From NCBI GenBank assembly GCA_027371535.1, contig DAHXMV010000003.1:8047-72046 (forward strand): 64,000 bases of DNA, written 5' to 3'. The DNA is from Candidatus Amesbacteria bacterium. GTDB taxonomy: Bacteria > Patescibacteriota > Microgenomatia > CAZETR01 > Amesbacteraceae. Of this stretch, positions 38,587-47,454 are shown in pieces. The notes beneath the pieces were generated by a model, which ran no database searches, was not told where the DNA came from, and was given only the letters and a program-made list of their open reading frames with translations. The position numbers and the translations under genes were made by a program. Position 1 is the first letter of the stretch; each line of letters begins with the position of its first letter.

Positions 38587-39201
38587 CTAGAACAGGGAGG
38601 GCTGGGCAGAAGAGCTTTCGGCGGGATAGGAAAAATCCACTGCGATTTCACGGGGAGTATTCCAGTGGTCGGAAAATTTAAGTTTATGATTTTTTAATCC
38701 GTAATCGTATATATCCCGGGTTAAGATGACATCCATTTCGCAATATTTTCGGAGTTTTTTCAATGATGCCTGATCATGTTTTTTCCAGTACATGACTGCG
38801 TTTGCCCCGGAATCATTTTTAACGTTCCCCAAAGTATACCTGGCAATTTTATTCAGTGAAATACGTTTACCAAAGGCCTCTTTAACGTGATTTAATATAT
38901 CAAAGTGCGACAGCCTGGCAAAATCCGGGGGGGCATAAGGTTTGAGAGCAGGAACGTCAAAATTAAGCGAATTAAATCCAACAATCCGGTCAGCTTCACG
39001 AAAGAATTTCCACATGGCTTCCAACTCAGGTTCAAAAAAACTGTGCATTCCACCCGCAACTTCCTTTAAATCGTTGTCCAACCGGCGGGTATAGAGCGAA
39101 ACCAGTGAGACTCCCAAATCAGCCGGATCCTGGGTACCGGTTTCGTCAAAAAATTTCTGGGTTTCGACATCAAAAATTACTTCAAAAAATGTTTCAGGCA
39201 T
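38587..39201 (-). CDS. YprB-like RNase H-fold exonuclease (RNase_H_2)
   Basis: FDVETQ, GFNSLNFD, SLN, YCEMDV. Confidence 0.85.
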   Translation of the reverse strand: MPETFFEVIFDVETQKFFDETGTQDPADLGVSLVSLYTRRLDNDLKEVAGGMHSFFEPELEAMWKFFREADRIVGFNSLNFDVPALKPYAPPDFARLSHFDILNHVKEAFGKRISLNKIARYTLGNVKNDSGANAVMYWKKHDQASLKKLRKYCEMDVILTRDIYDYGLKNHKLKFSDHWNTPREIAVDFSYPAESSSAQPSLF

Positions 39202-39225
39202 AAGTAGGTATTATATTATATAAAT

Positions 39226-39771
39226 ATGAGCAGGTATGCGGGAAGGGATTTTGAAGGCCAAAAGTATATAGAATTAAATTATTCCGGGGAAAGTTTTAAA
39301 TTCACCAGATTTATCAAATGTGAATTCAGAAATTGTAATTTTTCGGGGGTAATTTTGGACGGGACATTTTTTGACAACTGTATTTTCCCCGGCTGTAAAC
39401 TGTCCAATCTGGATTTTGAAAAATCAGAATTCAGAAAGTGCAACTTTGAGAAAAGCATCCTGGTCAACTGCGTATTTCAGAAGAAAGTCGGAAATAAAAG
39501 TAAAAAATGCGTTTTAACTTCGAATAATTTTGACGGGTGCGATCTGACAGGGTCGATATTTAACCTGTGTAACCTGTCAGGAAAGAGGTTTGATAAAACT
39601 AATTTTACCGGATGTATATTTGAAAAAACCAATCTGGCTCATGCAGATTTTACCAACTGCAAAATCGAAGGGGCTAATTTTAACGGGGCGCATGTTGAGG
39701 ATACGGTATTGGATATAGACGGATTTTTGAATTTCGGGAAAGCCAAGGGGTTTGTTTTAAATGTTGATTAA
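39226..39771 (+). CDS. pentapeptide repeat protein
   Basis: Repeating (C/A)xF/Lxx pentapeptides. Confidence 0.9.
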   Translation: MSRYAGRDFEGQKYIELNYSGESFKFTRFIKCEFRNCNFSGVILDGTFFDNCIFPGCKLSNLDFEKSEFRKCNFEKSILVNCVFQKKVGNKSKKCVLTSNNFDGCDLTGSIFNLCNLSGKRFDKTNFTGCIFEKTNLAHADFTNCKIEGANFNGAHVEDTVLDIDGFLNFGKAKGFVLNVD

Positions 39772-39831
39772 TTTTCAATTTTTAATTTTTAATTAATATA
39801 TTTAATCATAAGTGTTCAATATAATTATTTT

Positions 39832-41697
39832 GTGAAGAGAGTATTAATTATTATAGGGGCAATTACATTTCTGACGTCTGCCGGAAAAGCAGAGGCAAAA
39901 GACTACACTATACAAAAAGCGGATTTTGGGATTAGTCTGACCCAAAACGGAGACGCCCGGGTGACGGAGAACAGAACTTATAATTTTAACGGCAGTTTTT
40001 CCTGGGCCGATGTCCCAATCGGCCTGTCTGCCGATTGTGTCCGGGTATTCCCCTGCCGGGATTATGTAATAGACGACGTCACGGTAAGTGATGAAAACGG
40101 GCCATTAAGATTTGACCGAATTAAATCAGCTGAATCTCTGGATATTAAATGGTATTTCAACGCCAGCAATCAAGTTAAAACGTTAACTTTAAGCTATGTC
40201 GTCAGAGACGCTGTCATCCGGCATCCGGATACGGATGAATTTTACTGGCAGCTGATTAATAACCAATGGGTCAAAGGAACGGCCGAAGTTAGTGCCAAAG
40301 TAACCCTGGCGGAGCCAGCCGGAAATAACCAAATATATGCCTTCGGACACGGGCCTTTCAACGGCCGGGTGACCATACCAAATAACCGGGAAGCCGACTT
40401 TTCAGCTGCCAACCTGACAGATCACCAAAGATTTGAAATCAGGGTCCTGTTCCCAAACGGCGGCAATCAATTAATCAGGCAGAGCCACCAGACCCTGTCT
40501 GAAATATTGGATGAAGAAAAAGGGTTGGCTAACCAAACCAAAACCGAAATAAAGAAGCAAAAAGTATGGTTGGACCTGGCTTTAGCAACCGCAATCGTGA
40601 TCTTTTCAGTCATAGCTTTCAGGATTGGATATTGGACCCGGAAGTGGTGGAATACCGGCCGCGATTTGCCGGAACCAATGGTCAATCCGGCCGGGACTTT
40701 GCACGAACCGCCGTCCGACCTAGATCCGGGAATGGTAGAAACTTTAATAAATTGGAACATGAAACCAACCGGTCGTGCGATTGCCGCTACAATAATAAAT
40801 CTGATAAGAAAAAGGGCTTTAGTTATGGAAAAAGAAAAGCAGGATCCGGTGCTGGGAATTTTTTCCAGGGGCGATAAATACATATTAGTCTGGAATCCGA
40901 AATATAACCGGGATCTGATGACACCCCTGGAAAGGAATTTATTTGATTTCCTGTTCTTTTCGGCCGAAGGCGGAGCGGTAACTTTGGAATCAATAAAAAA
41001 TATGGGCAAAACCAGGCCTAAAGAAACCGGTAATTTCTGGAAAAACTGGCAAAAGGATTGCCTGTTAAATCTGGTAACCTCCGGATACCTGGAAGAGGGA
41101 AATTATGAAGCAGCGCTCAAAATAGATAAAGAGAGCGGGATTTTTATGGGTATCGGTACTTTCGGACTGATATTGGGGGTGAGATTATTTACCGTGAATA
41201 CAACTTTTCTTTTGGTCATACTCGGATTTTCATCGGTAAGTATTCTGGCCGGGATAATCCTCAGTCAATTAAAAATTGCCATGGAAAAAAGAACCCCCGA
41301 CGGCGGACAGGCGTATGCGAACTGGAAAGCCTTTAAAAAATACCTGAAAGATTACAGCGTGACCAAAAGCTCACCGATTGATTCGGTGGTGTTGTGGGAA
41401 AAATATCTGGTATACGGAGCAGCTTTGGGCATATCCATTAAAGCCCTGTCACAGTTGCCGGTGAATTATTCCGAGGCTTTTGCCGGATCCGGAATATATA
41501 CCGGATTTTCCGGAGGAGCCGGATTTAACCAGGCGGATTTTGCAGGCAACTTTTCCGGTATGTTTTCAGGCTTTTCAGCTGTTTCATCAGGTTTTTCCAG
41601 TTTCGGTGCTTACGGCGTCGGCAGCGGGGGAGGATTTTCCGGGGGCGGAGGCGGCGGAGGAGGGGGCGGAGGCGGCGGAGGAGGCGGAGCAGGGTAG
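39832..41697 (+). CDS. DUF2207 family membrane protein
   Basis: EFYWQL, FGHGP, WKAFKKYL, WEKYLVY, Gly-rich tail. Confidence 0.9.
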   Translation: MKRVLIIIGAITFLTSAGKAEAKDYTIQKADFGISLTQNGDARVTENRTYNFNGSFSWADVPIGLSADCVRVFPCRDYVIDDVTVSDENGPLRFDRIKSAESLDIKWYFNASNQVKTLTLSYVVRDAVIRHPDTDEFYWQLINNQWVKGTAEVSAKVTLAEPAGNNQIYAFGHGPFNGRVTIPNNREADFSAANLTDHQRFEIRVLFPNGGNQLIRQSHQTLSEILDEEKGLANQTKTEIKKQKVWLDLALATAIVIFSVIAFRIGYWTRKWWNTGRDLPEPMVNPAGTLHEPPSDLDPGMVETLINWNMKPTGRAIAATIINLIRKRALVMEKEKQDPVLGIFSRGDKYILVWNPKYNRDLMTPLERNLFDFLFFSAEGGAVTLESIKNMGKTRPKETGNFWKNWQKDCLLNLVTSGYLEEGNYEAALKIDKESGIFMGIGTFGLILGVRLFTVNTTFLLVILGFSSVSILAGIILSQLKIAMEKRTPDGGQAYANWKAFKKYLKDYSVTKSSPIDSVVLWEKYLVYGAALGISIKALSQLPVNYSEAFAGSGIYTGFSGGAGFNQADFAGNFSGMFSGFSAVSSGFSSFGAYGVGSGGGFSGGGGGGGGGGGGGGGGAG

Positions 41698-41739
41698 TTG
41701 GTTATCAGTTGATGTTGTCAGGGTGAAATAAATCAGAGA

Positions 41740-41769
41740 TTGACTAATCCCCTATGGGGGGATTAGACT
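41740..41769 (+). promoter_or_regulatory. promoter with CsoR-type operator
   Basis: TTGACT-18 nt-TAGACT with the inverted repeat CTAATCCCC-tatgg-GGGGATTAG (41744-41766) spanning the spacer. Confidence 0.8.
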
Positions 41770-41777
41770 GAGCCGTT

Positions 41778-42065
41778 ATGGAGACGGCAAATCATCATCA
41801 CGCAGACAGCCGGAACACAACCCTGCACCGGCTGAAAATTGCCAAAGGACACCTGGAAAAAGTTATCAGAATGCTGGAAAACAACGAATACTGTATTGAT
41901 ATATTAATTCAATCCCAGGCGGTACAGGCAGCGCTGAAAAATACGGATGCAATAATTTTGGAAAATCATCTGAAAACCTGTGTAGCTGATGCCGTCAGGA
42001 GTAACCAAAAAGATAAAGCCATAGACGAAGTCATGAAAGTTTTTAAGAATTCCAAAAAGAATTAA
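41778..42065 (+). CDS. csoR: copper-sensing repressor, CsoR/RcnR family
   Basis: RLKIAKGHL, YCIDIL.Q, ILENHLKTC (C-H-C ligands). Confidence 0.9.
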   Translation: METANHHHADSRNTTLHRLKIAKGHLEKVIRMLENNEYCIDILIQSQAVQAALKNTDAIILENHLKTCVADAVRSNQKDKAIDEVMKVFKNSKKN

Positions 42066-42066
42066 C

Positions 42067-44181
42067 ATGCCCGCCCAAAGACTTAATATCTCAATTTCCG
42101 GGATGCACTGCACCTCCTGCGCCCAGTTAATTCAGAGATCCGTGGGTAAAATTCCGGGAATTGCCGAGGTTAATGTCAGCTATGCCAACGAAAATGCCCT
42201 GGTAACGGCTGACCCGGCCAAAGAAAAGGAAATCATCGACAGGATTAACAGTATGGGTTACCGGGCAGACCTGATCACGGATCAAACACTCTCTTTGACA
42301 GAAAATCGACGACAGGCAGAGCTATCCACAATTAAAAGAAAATTTATAATAGCAGCCGTGTTGTCCGCCCCAATAATGTTTGTGCCGGCAATATACGGTT
42401 TAGGACTGTCAACCCTTGTGCAGTTATTTATAGGCAGGGATTTCTATAAAGGGGCCTGGTCGGCTCTGTTAATGAAAACATTTAATATGGATTCGTTAAT
42501 AGCCATCGGGTCCACAACTGCTTATGTTTTCAGCCTGATAAACCTGGCAGCGGGAAAAGGAGAGTTGTATTTCGAAACCTCAGCCTGGCTGATTACTTTT
42601 GTGACCCTGGGAAAATGGCTGGAAGCCAGAGCTAAAGAAAAAGCTTCTGAGGCGGTGAAAAAACTGGTCAAACTCCAACCCAAGACTGCCAGGGTAATTA
42701 ACAAGACTGAAGAAACAGATATGGAATTGGATAAAATTCAGCCGGGAGACATCATCCTGGTTAAACCGGGGGAGACGATACCGCTTGACGGAGTGATTAC
42801 CGATGGCCAAACCACAGTAGACGAATCCACGATTACCGGCGAGAGCGTCCCTATAGATAAAAATACCGGGGACGGAGTAACCGGCGGGACGATTAACCGA
42901 TTGGGGGCTTTTGAGTTTAAAGTAACTCATACAAGCGAATCAACGACTTTGAAAAAAATTATCCGGATGGTGAGTGAAGCGCAAAGCTCCAAAGCGCCGA
43001 TACAGGCCATGGCTGATAAGGTTTCAGCCTGGTTCGTGCCGGCCGTAATCGGGGTGGCCGTATTGACGTTTGTTTTCTGGATAGTCTTTGTCCAGGCCTC
43101 TTTAACAACTTCCCTACTGGCTTTTGTTTCGGTGATAGTTATAGCCTGTCCCTGTGCTTTGGGATTGGCAACACCGACAGCAATCATGGTGGGTACGGGG
43201 GTGGGGGCAAAAAACGGTATTCTGATCAAGGGCGGAGAACCGCTGGAAATCGCGAGCAAGGTGGATACCGTGGTTTTTGATAAAACCGGGACCTTAACAA
43301 TGGGGAAGTTAACAGTCACTGACATAAAACCACTAACTACAGGCATCAAACCGGAAGAAATATTAAGAATAGCAGGAAGCCTGGAGAGACAATCCGAGCA
43401 TCCGATCGGCAAAGCAATTTATGAATATGCTTTCGTGAAGACAAAAATTCTTGAAGTGAACAATTTTATAGCCGTTCCCGGAAACGGCGTTCAAGGCCGG
43501 ATCGGTAATCAAGAATATTTCTTGGGAAAAGATAATAATCCGGAAACAAGAGAATATGAGGAGCAGGGAAAAACAGTGGTGACACTCAAAAAAAAGGGCC
43601 GGAATTTAGCTTTGATTGCACTGGCAGATCAAATCAGGCCGGAAAGCAAAAATACCGTAAACATTCTTAAAAAGATGGGTCTGAAGATAATGATGATCAG
43701 CGGCGACAATTACCGGACTGCCAAAGCCGTGGCTGATAATCTGGGTATTGATGAGGTATTGGCGGGGGTTAAACCGGATGAAAAAGCGGGTGAAATTAAA
43801 AAGATCCAGTCTGCCGGTCATACCGTAGCCATGGCCGGAGACGGGATAAATGATACACCGGCTATGGCAGCCGCTGATGTGGGGATTGCCATGGGTTCCG
43901 GAACGGACGCGGCGATAGAAACGGGAAATATAGTACTATTGAAAAATGATTTGCCCGGCATTTATAAAGCTTTAAAACTGGCAAAGATGACCATGAACAA
44001 AATTAAACAAAATATATTTTGGGCGATGATTTATAACCTGACCGGTATTCCCATAGCGGCCGGGGTATTGGCCGGTTTCGGCCTGGTACTCCGACCGGAA
44101 CTGGCCAGCCTGGCAATGGCGATGAGTTCGGTGAGCGTGGTAACCAATTCATTAAGGCTGAAAAATATCCGGCTGGACTAA
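42067..44181 (+). CDS. copA: Cu(I)-translocating P1B ATPase
   Basis: GMHCTSC, CPCALG, DKTGT, SEHP, YN, AMAMSS. Confidence 0.95.
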   Translation: MPAQRLNISISGMHCTSCAQLIQRSVGKIPGIAEVNVSYANENALVTADPAKEKEIIDRINSMGYRADLITDQTLSLTENRRQAELSTIKRKFIIAAVLSAPIMFVPAIYGLGLSTLVQLFIGRDFYKGAWSALLMKTFNMDSLIAIGSTTAYVFSLINLAAGKGELYFETSAWLITFVTLGKWLEARAKEKASEAVKKLVKLQPKTARVINKTEETDMELDKIQPGDIILVKPGETIPLDGVITDGQTTVDESTITGESVPIDKNTGDGVTGGTINRLGAFEFKVTHTSESTTLKKIIRMVSEAQSSKAPIQAMADKVSAWFVPAVIGVAVLTFVFWIVFVQASLTTSLLAFVSVIVIACPCALGLATPTAIMVGTGVGAKNGILIKGGEPLEIASKVDTVVFDKTGTLTMGKLTVTDIKPLTTGIKPEEILRIAGSLERQSEHPIGKAIYEYAFVKTKILEVNNFIAVPGNGVQGRIGNQEYFLGKDNNPETREYEEQGKTVVTLKKKGRNLALIALADQIRPESKNTVNILKKMGLKIMMISGDNYRTAKAVADNLGIDEVLAGVKPDEKAGEIKKIQSAGHTVAMAGDGINDTPAMAAADVGIAMGSGTDAAIETGNIVLLKNDLPGIYKALKLAKMTMNKIKQNIFWAMIYNLTGIPIAAGVLAGFGLVLRPELASLAMAMSSVSVVTNSLRLKNIRLD

Positions 44182-44185
44182 AAAT

Positions 44186-45217
44186 ATGAATAATACAAAT
44201 CTGATCACCATTTTTCTTACCGGCTTACTGACCGGAGGACTGACCTGTATGGCTGTCCAGGGAGGATTATTAACAGCTACCCTACTGGCCAGCGAGAAAA
44301 CCGATATTAACAGCGGGGTGAAAAACGGGAAGGCGATACCGATTCTGGCATTTTTAGGGGCTAAACTGGCTGCCTACACCATTTTGGGATTTTTTCTGGG
44401 ATGGGTAGGGTCATTTTTCCAAATTTCACTTTGGTTACGGGTGGTGATGCAGATTTTGGTGGTATTTTTTATGCTGGGTACGGCCTTAAGTATTTTAGAA
44501 GTACACCCGATATTCAGATATTTTGTGATTACGCCGCCCAGATTTTTGACCCGGTGGATCAGACAACAATCCAAGAATCAGGGCATGTTTGCCTCTACCT
44601 TTTTGGGGGCCCTGACCATTTTTATACCCTGCGGAACAACCCAGGCCATGATGGCTCTCTCAGTGGCGTCCGGAAAACCCGTAACCGGAGCCCTGGTGAT
44701 GGCAGCATTTATTCTGGGCACATCACCGATATTTTTTTTACTGGGGTACCTGGCTACCAAACTGGCAGACACCTTCCAAAAAAATTTCATGCGGGCGGCG
44801 GCCTGGGCAATTATACTGCTGGCCATATTCAACCTGAACAATGCAGTGGCCTTAACCGGCAGCCGGCTGACCCTGGAAAATCTGGCCAAAAATATTTATT
44901 GTACCGTCAGCTGGTGTAAAGACAATCAGCCGCCTACAGCAATCACAGCCAGTGACAAATTAAACCTGACTATTCAGTCAGGCGGTTATAACCCGGACAG
45001 ATTAACAGTCAAATCGGGAAGCCGGGTGACCCTGCATATACAAAACCGGGGCGGGACCAGCTGCATCCAGGCATTTACCATTCCCTCCCTGGGCATCCAA
45101 AAAGTGATACCAAATAATACCGAAGCGGATATTACTTTAGATATTCCAAACCAAACGGGAGAAATTCCCTTTATGTGCAGCATGGGAATGTATCGGGGGG
45201 TGATTCAAGTCATATGA
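44186..45217 (+). CDS. DsbD_2/TauE-like membrane protein with C-terminal cupredoxin domain
   Basis: GGLTCMAVQGG, FIPCG, C-terminal FMCSMGMYRG. Confidence 0.85.
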   Translation: MNNTNLITIFLTGLLTGGLTCMAVQGGLLTATLLASEKTDINSGVKNGKAIPILAFLGAKLAAYTILGFFLGWVGSFFQISLWLRVVMQILVVFFMLGTALSILEVHPIFRYFVITPPRFLTRWIRQQSKNQGMFASTFLGALTIFIPCGTTQAMMALSVASGKPVTGALVMAAFILGTSPIFFLLGYLATKLADTFQKNFMRAAAWAIILLAIFNLNNAVALTGSRLTLENLAKNIYCTVSWCKDNQPPTAITASDKLNLTIQSGGYNPDRLTVKSGSRVTLHIQNRGGTSCIQAFTIPSLGIQKVIPNNTEADITLDIPNQTGEIPFMCSMGMYRGVIQVI

Positions 45218-45435
45218 ACAGCAGGATAAAATTCAAAATCTCGGGCATGCACTGTGTCAGCTGCGCTTTGAATATAGACGGAGCACTGGAAGACACACCC
45301 GGCGTAACAGACGCCAGAACCAATTTTGCCAAAGCAGTTACCGAAGTCAATTTTGATAACAGTAAAATTGACGCGGGGCAAATCAAGACGGTAATAACAA
45401 ATTCAGGATATAAGGCGGATGTAATCGAAAGTTAG
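45214..45435 (+). CDS. heavy-metal-associated (CopZ-like) chaperone
   Basis: GMHCVSC; ATG overlaps the upstream stop. Confidence 0.9.
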   Translation: MNSRIKFKISGMHCVSCALNIDGALEDTPGVTDARTNFAKAVTEVNFDNSKIDAGQIKTVITNSGYKADVIES

Positions 45436-45450
45436 AAACCTTTTTTTGGT

Positions 45451-46025
45451 TTATTCCAGTTTATAGCCGAGACCATGCACAGTCTGAATCAGCGGCCTTT
45501 CCTGACCGATAGTAATTTTCCACCTGATTAAAGCTATAAATACGTCGGCTATATTACCGGGACTATGATAGTCATAATCCCAAACCTGCTCCAGGAGGGT
45601 GTGTCTGTCAACTACTTCTCCCCGGTAATGTAAAAGATATTCCAGAACGGGGAATTCCTTGGGGATCAGAGCAATCCGGCGCTTAACCCGGGAAACAAGA
45701 TGAGCAGCCGGATTAATCTCCAGGTCCCGATACGTTAACACCGGCAGAGGGTTCCGTCCGGGCTGGCCGGCCGGGTTTTTTGTTTTTCGGCCAAAATCAG
45801 GATGGGAGTCCGGAAATGATCCTGACGAAGCCTTTTATAGACAGTCAAACCGTCGATTTTGGGCAGGAAAGCATTGATAACAGCTACATCATATGCCCCC
45901 TCATCTGCCAGTTTCATACCAGTTTCTCCGTCGTGTGCCTGAACAACCTGAAAACCGAAATCCGTCAAACCCCGGGAAATAATATTTGATAAGCGAGGCT
46001 GATATTCCATTAAAAGAATTCTCAT
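45451..46025 (-). pseudogene. OmpR-family response regulator, degenerate and split
   Basis: Receiver lacks the acidic pocket and phospho-Asp (EY, INAFLP); GADDY/KPF segment deleted; wHTH in another frame (IQTVHGLGY). Confidence 0.8.
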
Positions 46026-46063
46026 ATATAACCAATTTTTGAAAAAAACGGAGACTAATCAAT

Positions 46064-46402
46064 TTAGCGGGGCCGGGAAACCTTGGATTTTTTGATTTCA
46101 GCCAGGATTTCCTGTTTTACCTGGTGAGTATGTTTTTTAATTTCCGATTCGATCTCCGGGCAATGGGCCTGCAAATATTCCATGAGTTTGTCCGATCCGG
46201 GGTCAGTTTTCAAACCGGAAATAAATTCCCGGTGTTTGTCTGCAGGCAAGTGGTTCAAAATAATATTTAAAACATGATGATGGAGAGTCTGGTCGATAAT
46301 GTCTATTAATTCTTCCTTCTCCTCGGGATCGAGACGGTAGTTATTCAACTCGCAATCGATTTCCTCGCGGATGACCAAATGATCGTAAAAGATTTTACTC
46401 AT
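46064..46402 (-). CDS. conserved hypothetical protein
   Basis: FYDHL, TLHHHVL..IL..LP..KH.EF. Confidence 0.75.
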   Translation of the reverse strand: MSKIFYDHLVIREEIDCELNNYRLDPEEKEELIDIIDQTLHHHVLNIILNHLPADKHREFISGLKTDPGSDKLMEYLQAHCPEIESEIKKHTHQVKQEILAEIKKSKVSRPR

Positions 46403-46507
46403 ACTTCATAAAATCTTATATATCTGTCCCGCTATGCGGGAAGTATATAGCATTTTTTGCTCCTTCGAGCTCAAAATGCAATTGGCTATAAAAGATTTTA
46501 CTCATAC
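46386..46507. repeat. 19-bp direct repeat flanking an 84-bp hairpin-rich insert
   Basis: TAAAAGATTTTACTCATAC at 46386-46404 and 46489-46507. Confidence 0.85.
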
Positions 46508-47443
46508 ATTTTTAGCGGATAAGAGGGGAACCTGCTCTAAATTGTACTCCAAAGGACCCAGGGGAACCCGATTTTCGGGGTCATCGACAAAAAACAAGAT
46601 AACAGGTCCCCTTTGCCTGCCATCATGGGACTGTAAATAATCCATGACTTCCGGGGAACCGCCAAACTGTTTACCGGTCCATAACGCAGGTCCGGAATCG
46701 GCGATATCAGCGATCATGATTTTTCCATTTTGAGGATTGATAACCGCCACTTTCCGGAATTGATACCAGTCCCGCAGATATTCCAGCCGAGCCTGCCATT
46801 CGGGCAGATAAAGTGTCTGTACAGCTACGTAATATTTCTCCCGGAGAATCAAATCCGGGGTGAGAAGCCTGACACTTGTGGCAAAATAACCCCAGGCACC
46901 CAAACCCGGAGCCATTCCGGATTCGGGGCGAAATCCATGCGACCAGACATTATCGCCCGGGTAACGGGTCAGGTGCTGTTCGGCACCGATATAACCATAG
47001 TCGGTATTTAAACGGTTGCCTTCCAATTCCGGTACCGCATGCAAGCCATATAACTCGTGCAGCAATCCGGTAATCTGGTTTTCTTCACCTGTTAATAGAG
47101 GCCGGATCTCAACCGGTAACAATTCCCGAAGGCGGTTTTTTAGCTCCGACTCCTGGTCTTTGGGAACGGAAGAAGCATGAAGCGAACCGGACGGAAGAAG
47201 AGAAGAACCCGAAGACGACGGATAAGGAGCGAGGATCAGGGTGGTAGCAGTTGCCCCGGCAGCTAACAATTTGGCAGCATGAGCACGGATACTACCGGGC
47301 CGGACTCCGGCTGCTTCCAGCATGGCATAAGCTACCGGGTGATGATTTTTCAAAATATTTTCAGACTGGATGTGTTTTAATTTCAGGCGGGAGCGGAGCA
47401 GAGGAGCATTCAACTCGTAATTAGGTTTGGCAGTACGGGACAT
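46502..47443 (-). CDS. conserved hypothetical protein, possible RlpA/3D-like double-psi barrel at the C-terminus
   Basis: IGAEQHL.RYPGD, APGLGAWGYF, VINPQNGK...IADSGPA..TGKQFGGSPE. Confidence 0.7.
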   Translation of the reverse strand: MSRTAKPNYELNAPLLRSRLKLKHIQSENILKNHHPVAYAMLEAAGVRPGSIRAHAAKLLAAGATATTLILAPYPSSSGSSLLPSGSLHASSVPKDQESELKNRLRELLPVEIRPLLTGEENQITGLLHELYGLHAVPELEGNRLNTDYGYIGAEQHLTRYPGDNVWSHGFRPESGMAPGLGAWGYFATSVRLLTPDLILREKYYVAVQTLYLPEWQARLEYLRDWYQFRKVAVINPQNGKIMIADIADSGPALWTGKQFGGSPEVMDYLQSHDGRQRGPVILFFVDDPENRVPLGPLEYNLEQVPLLSAKNV

Positions 47444-47454
47444 ATATTATCAGT

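Noticed and set aside
39226-39771. Qnr/MfpA quinolone-resistance gene
   Set aside because: Only generic pentapeptide repeats visible; no Qnr-specific features recognised
41620-41697. GGC/GGA tandem repeat
   Set aside because: Encodes the normal Gly-rich tail of DUF2207 proteins
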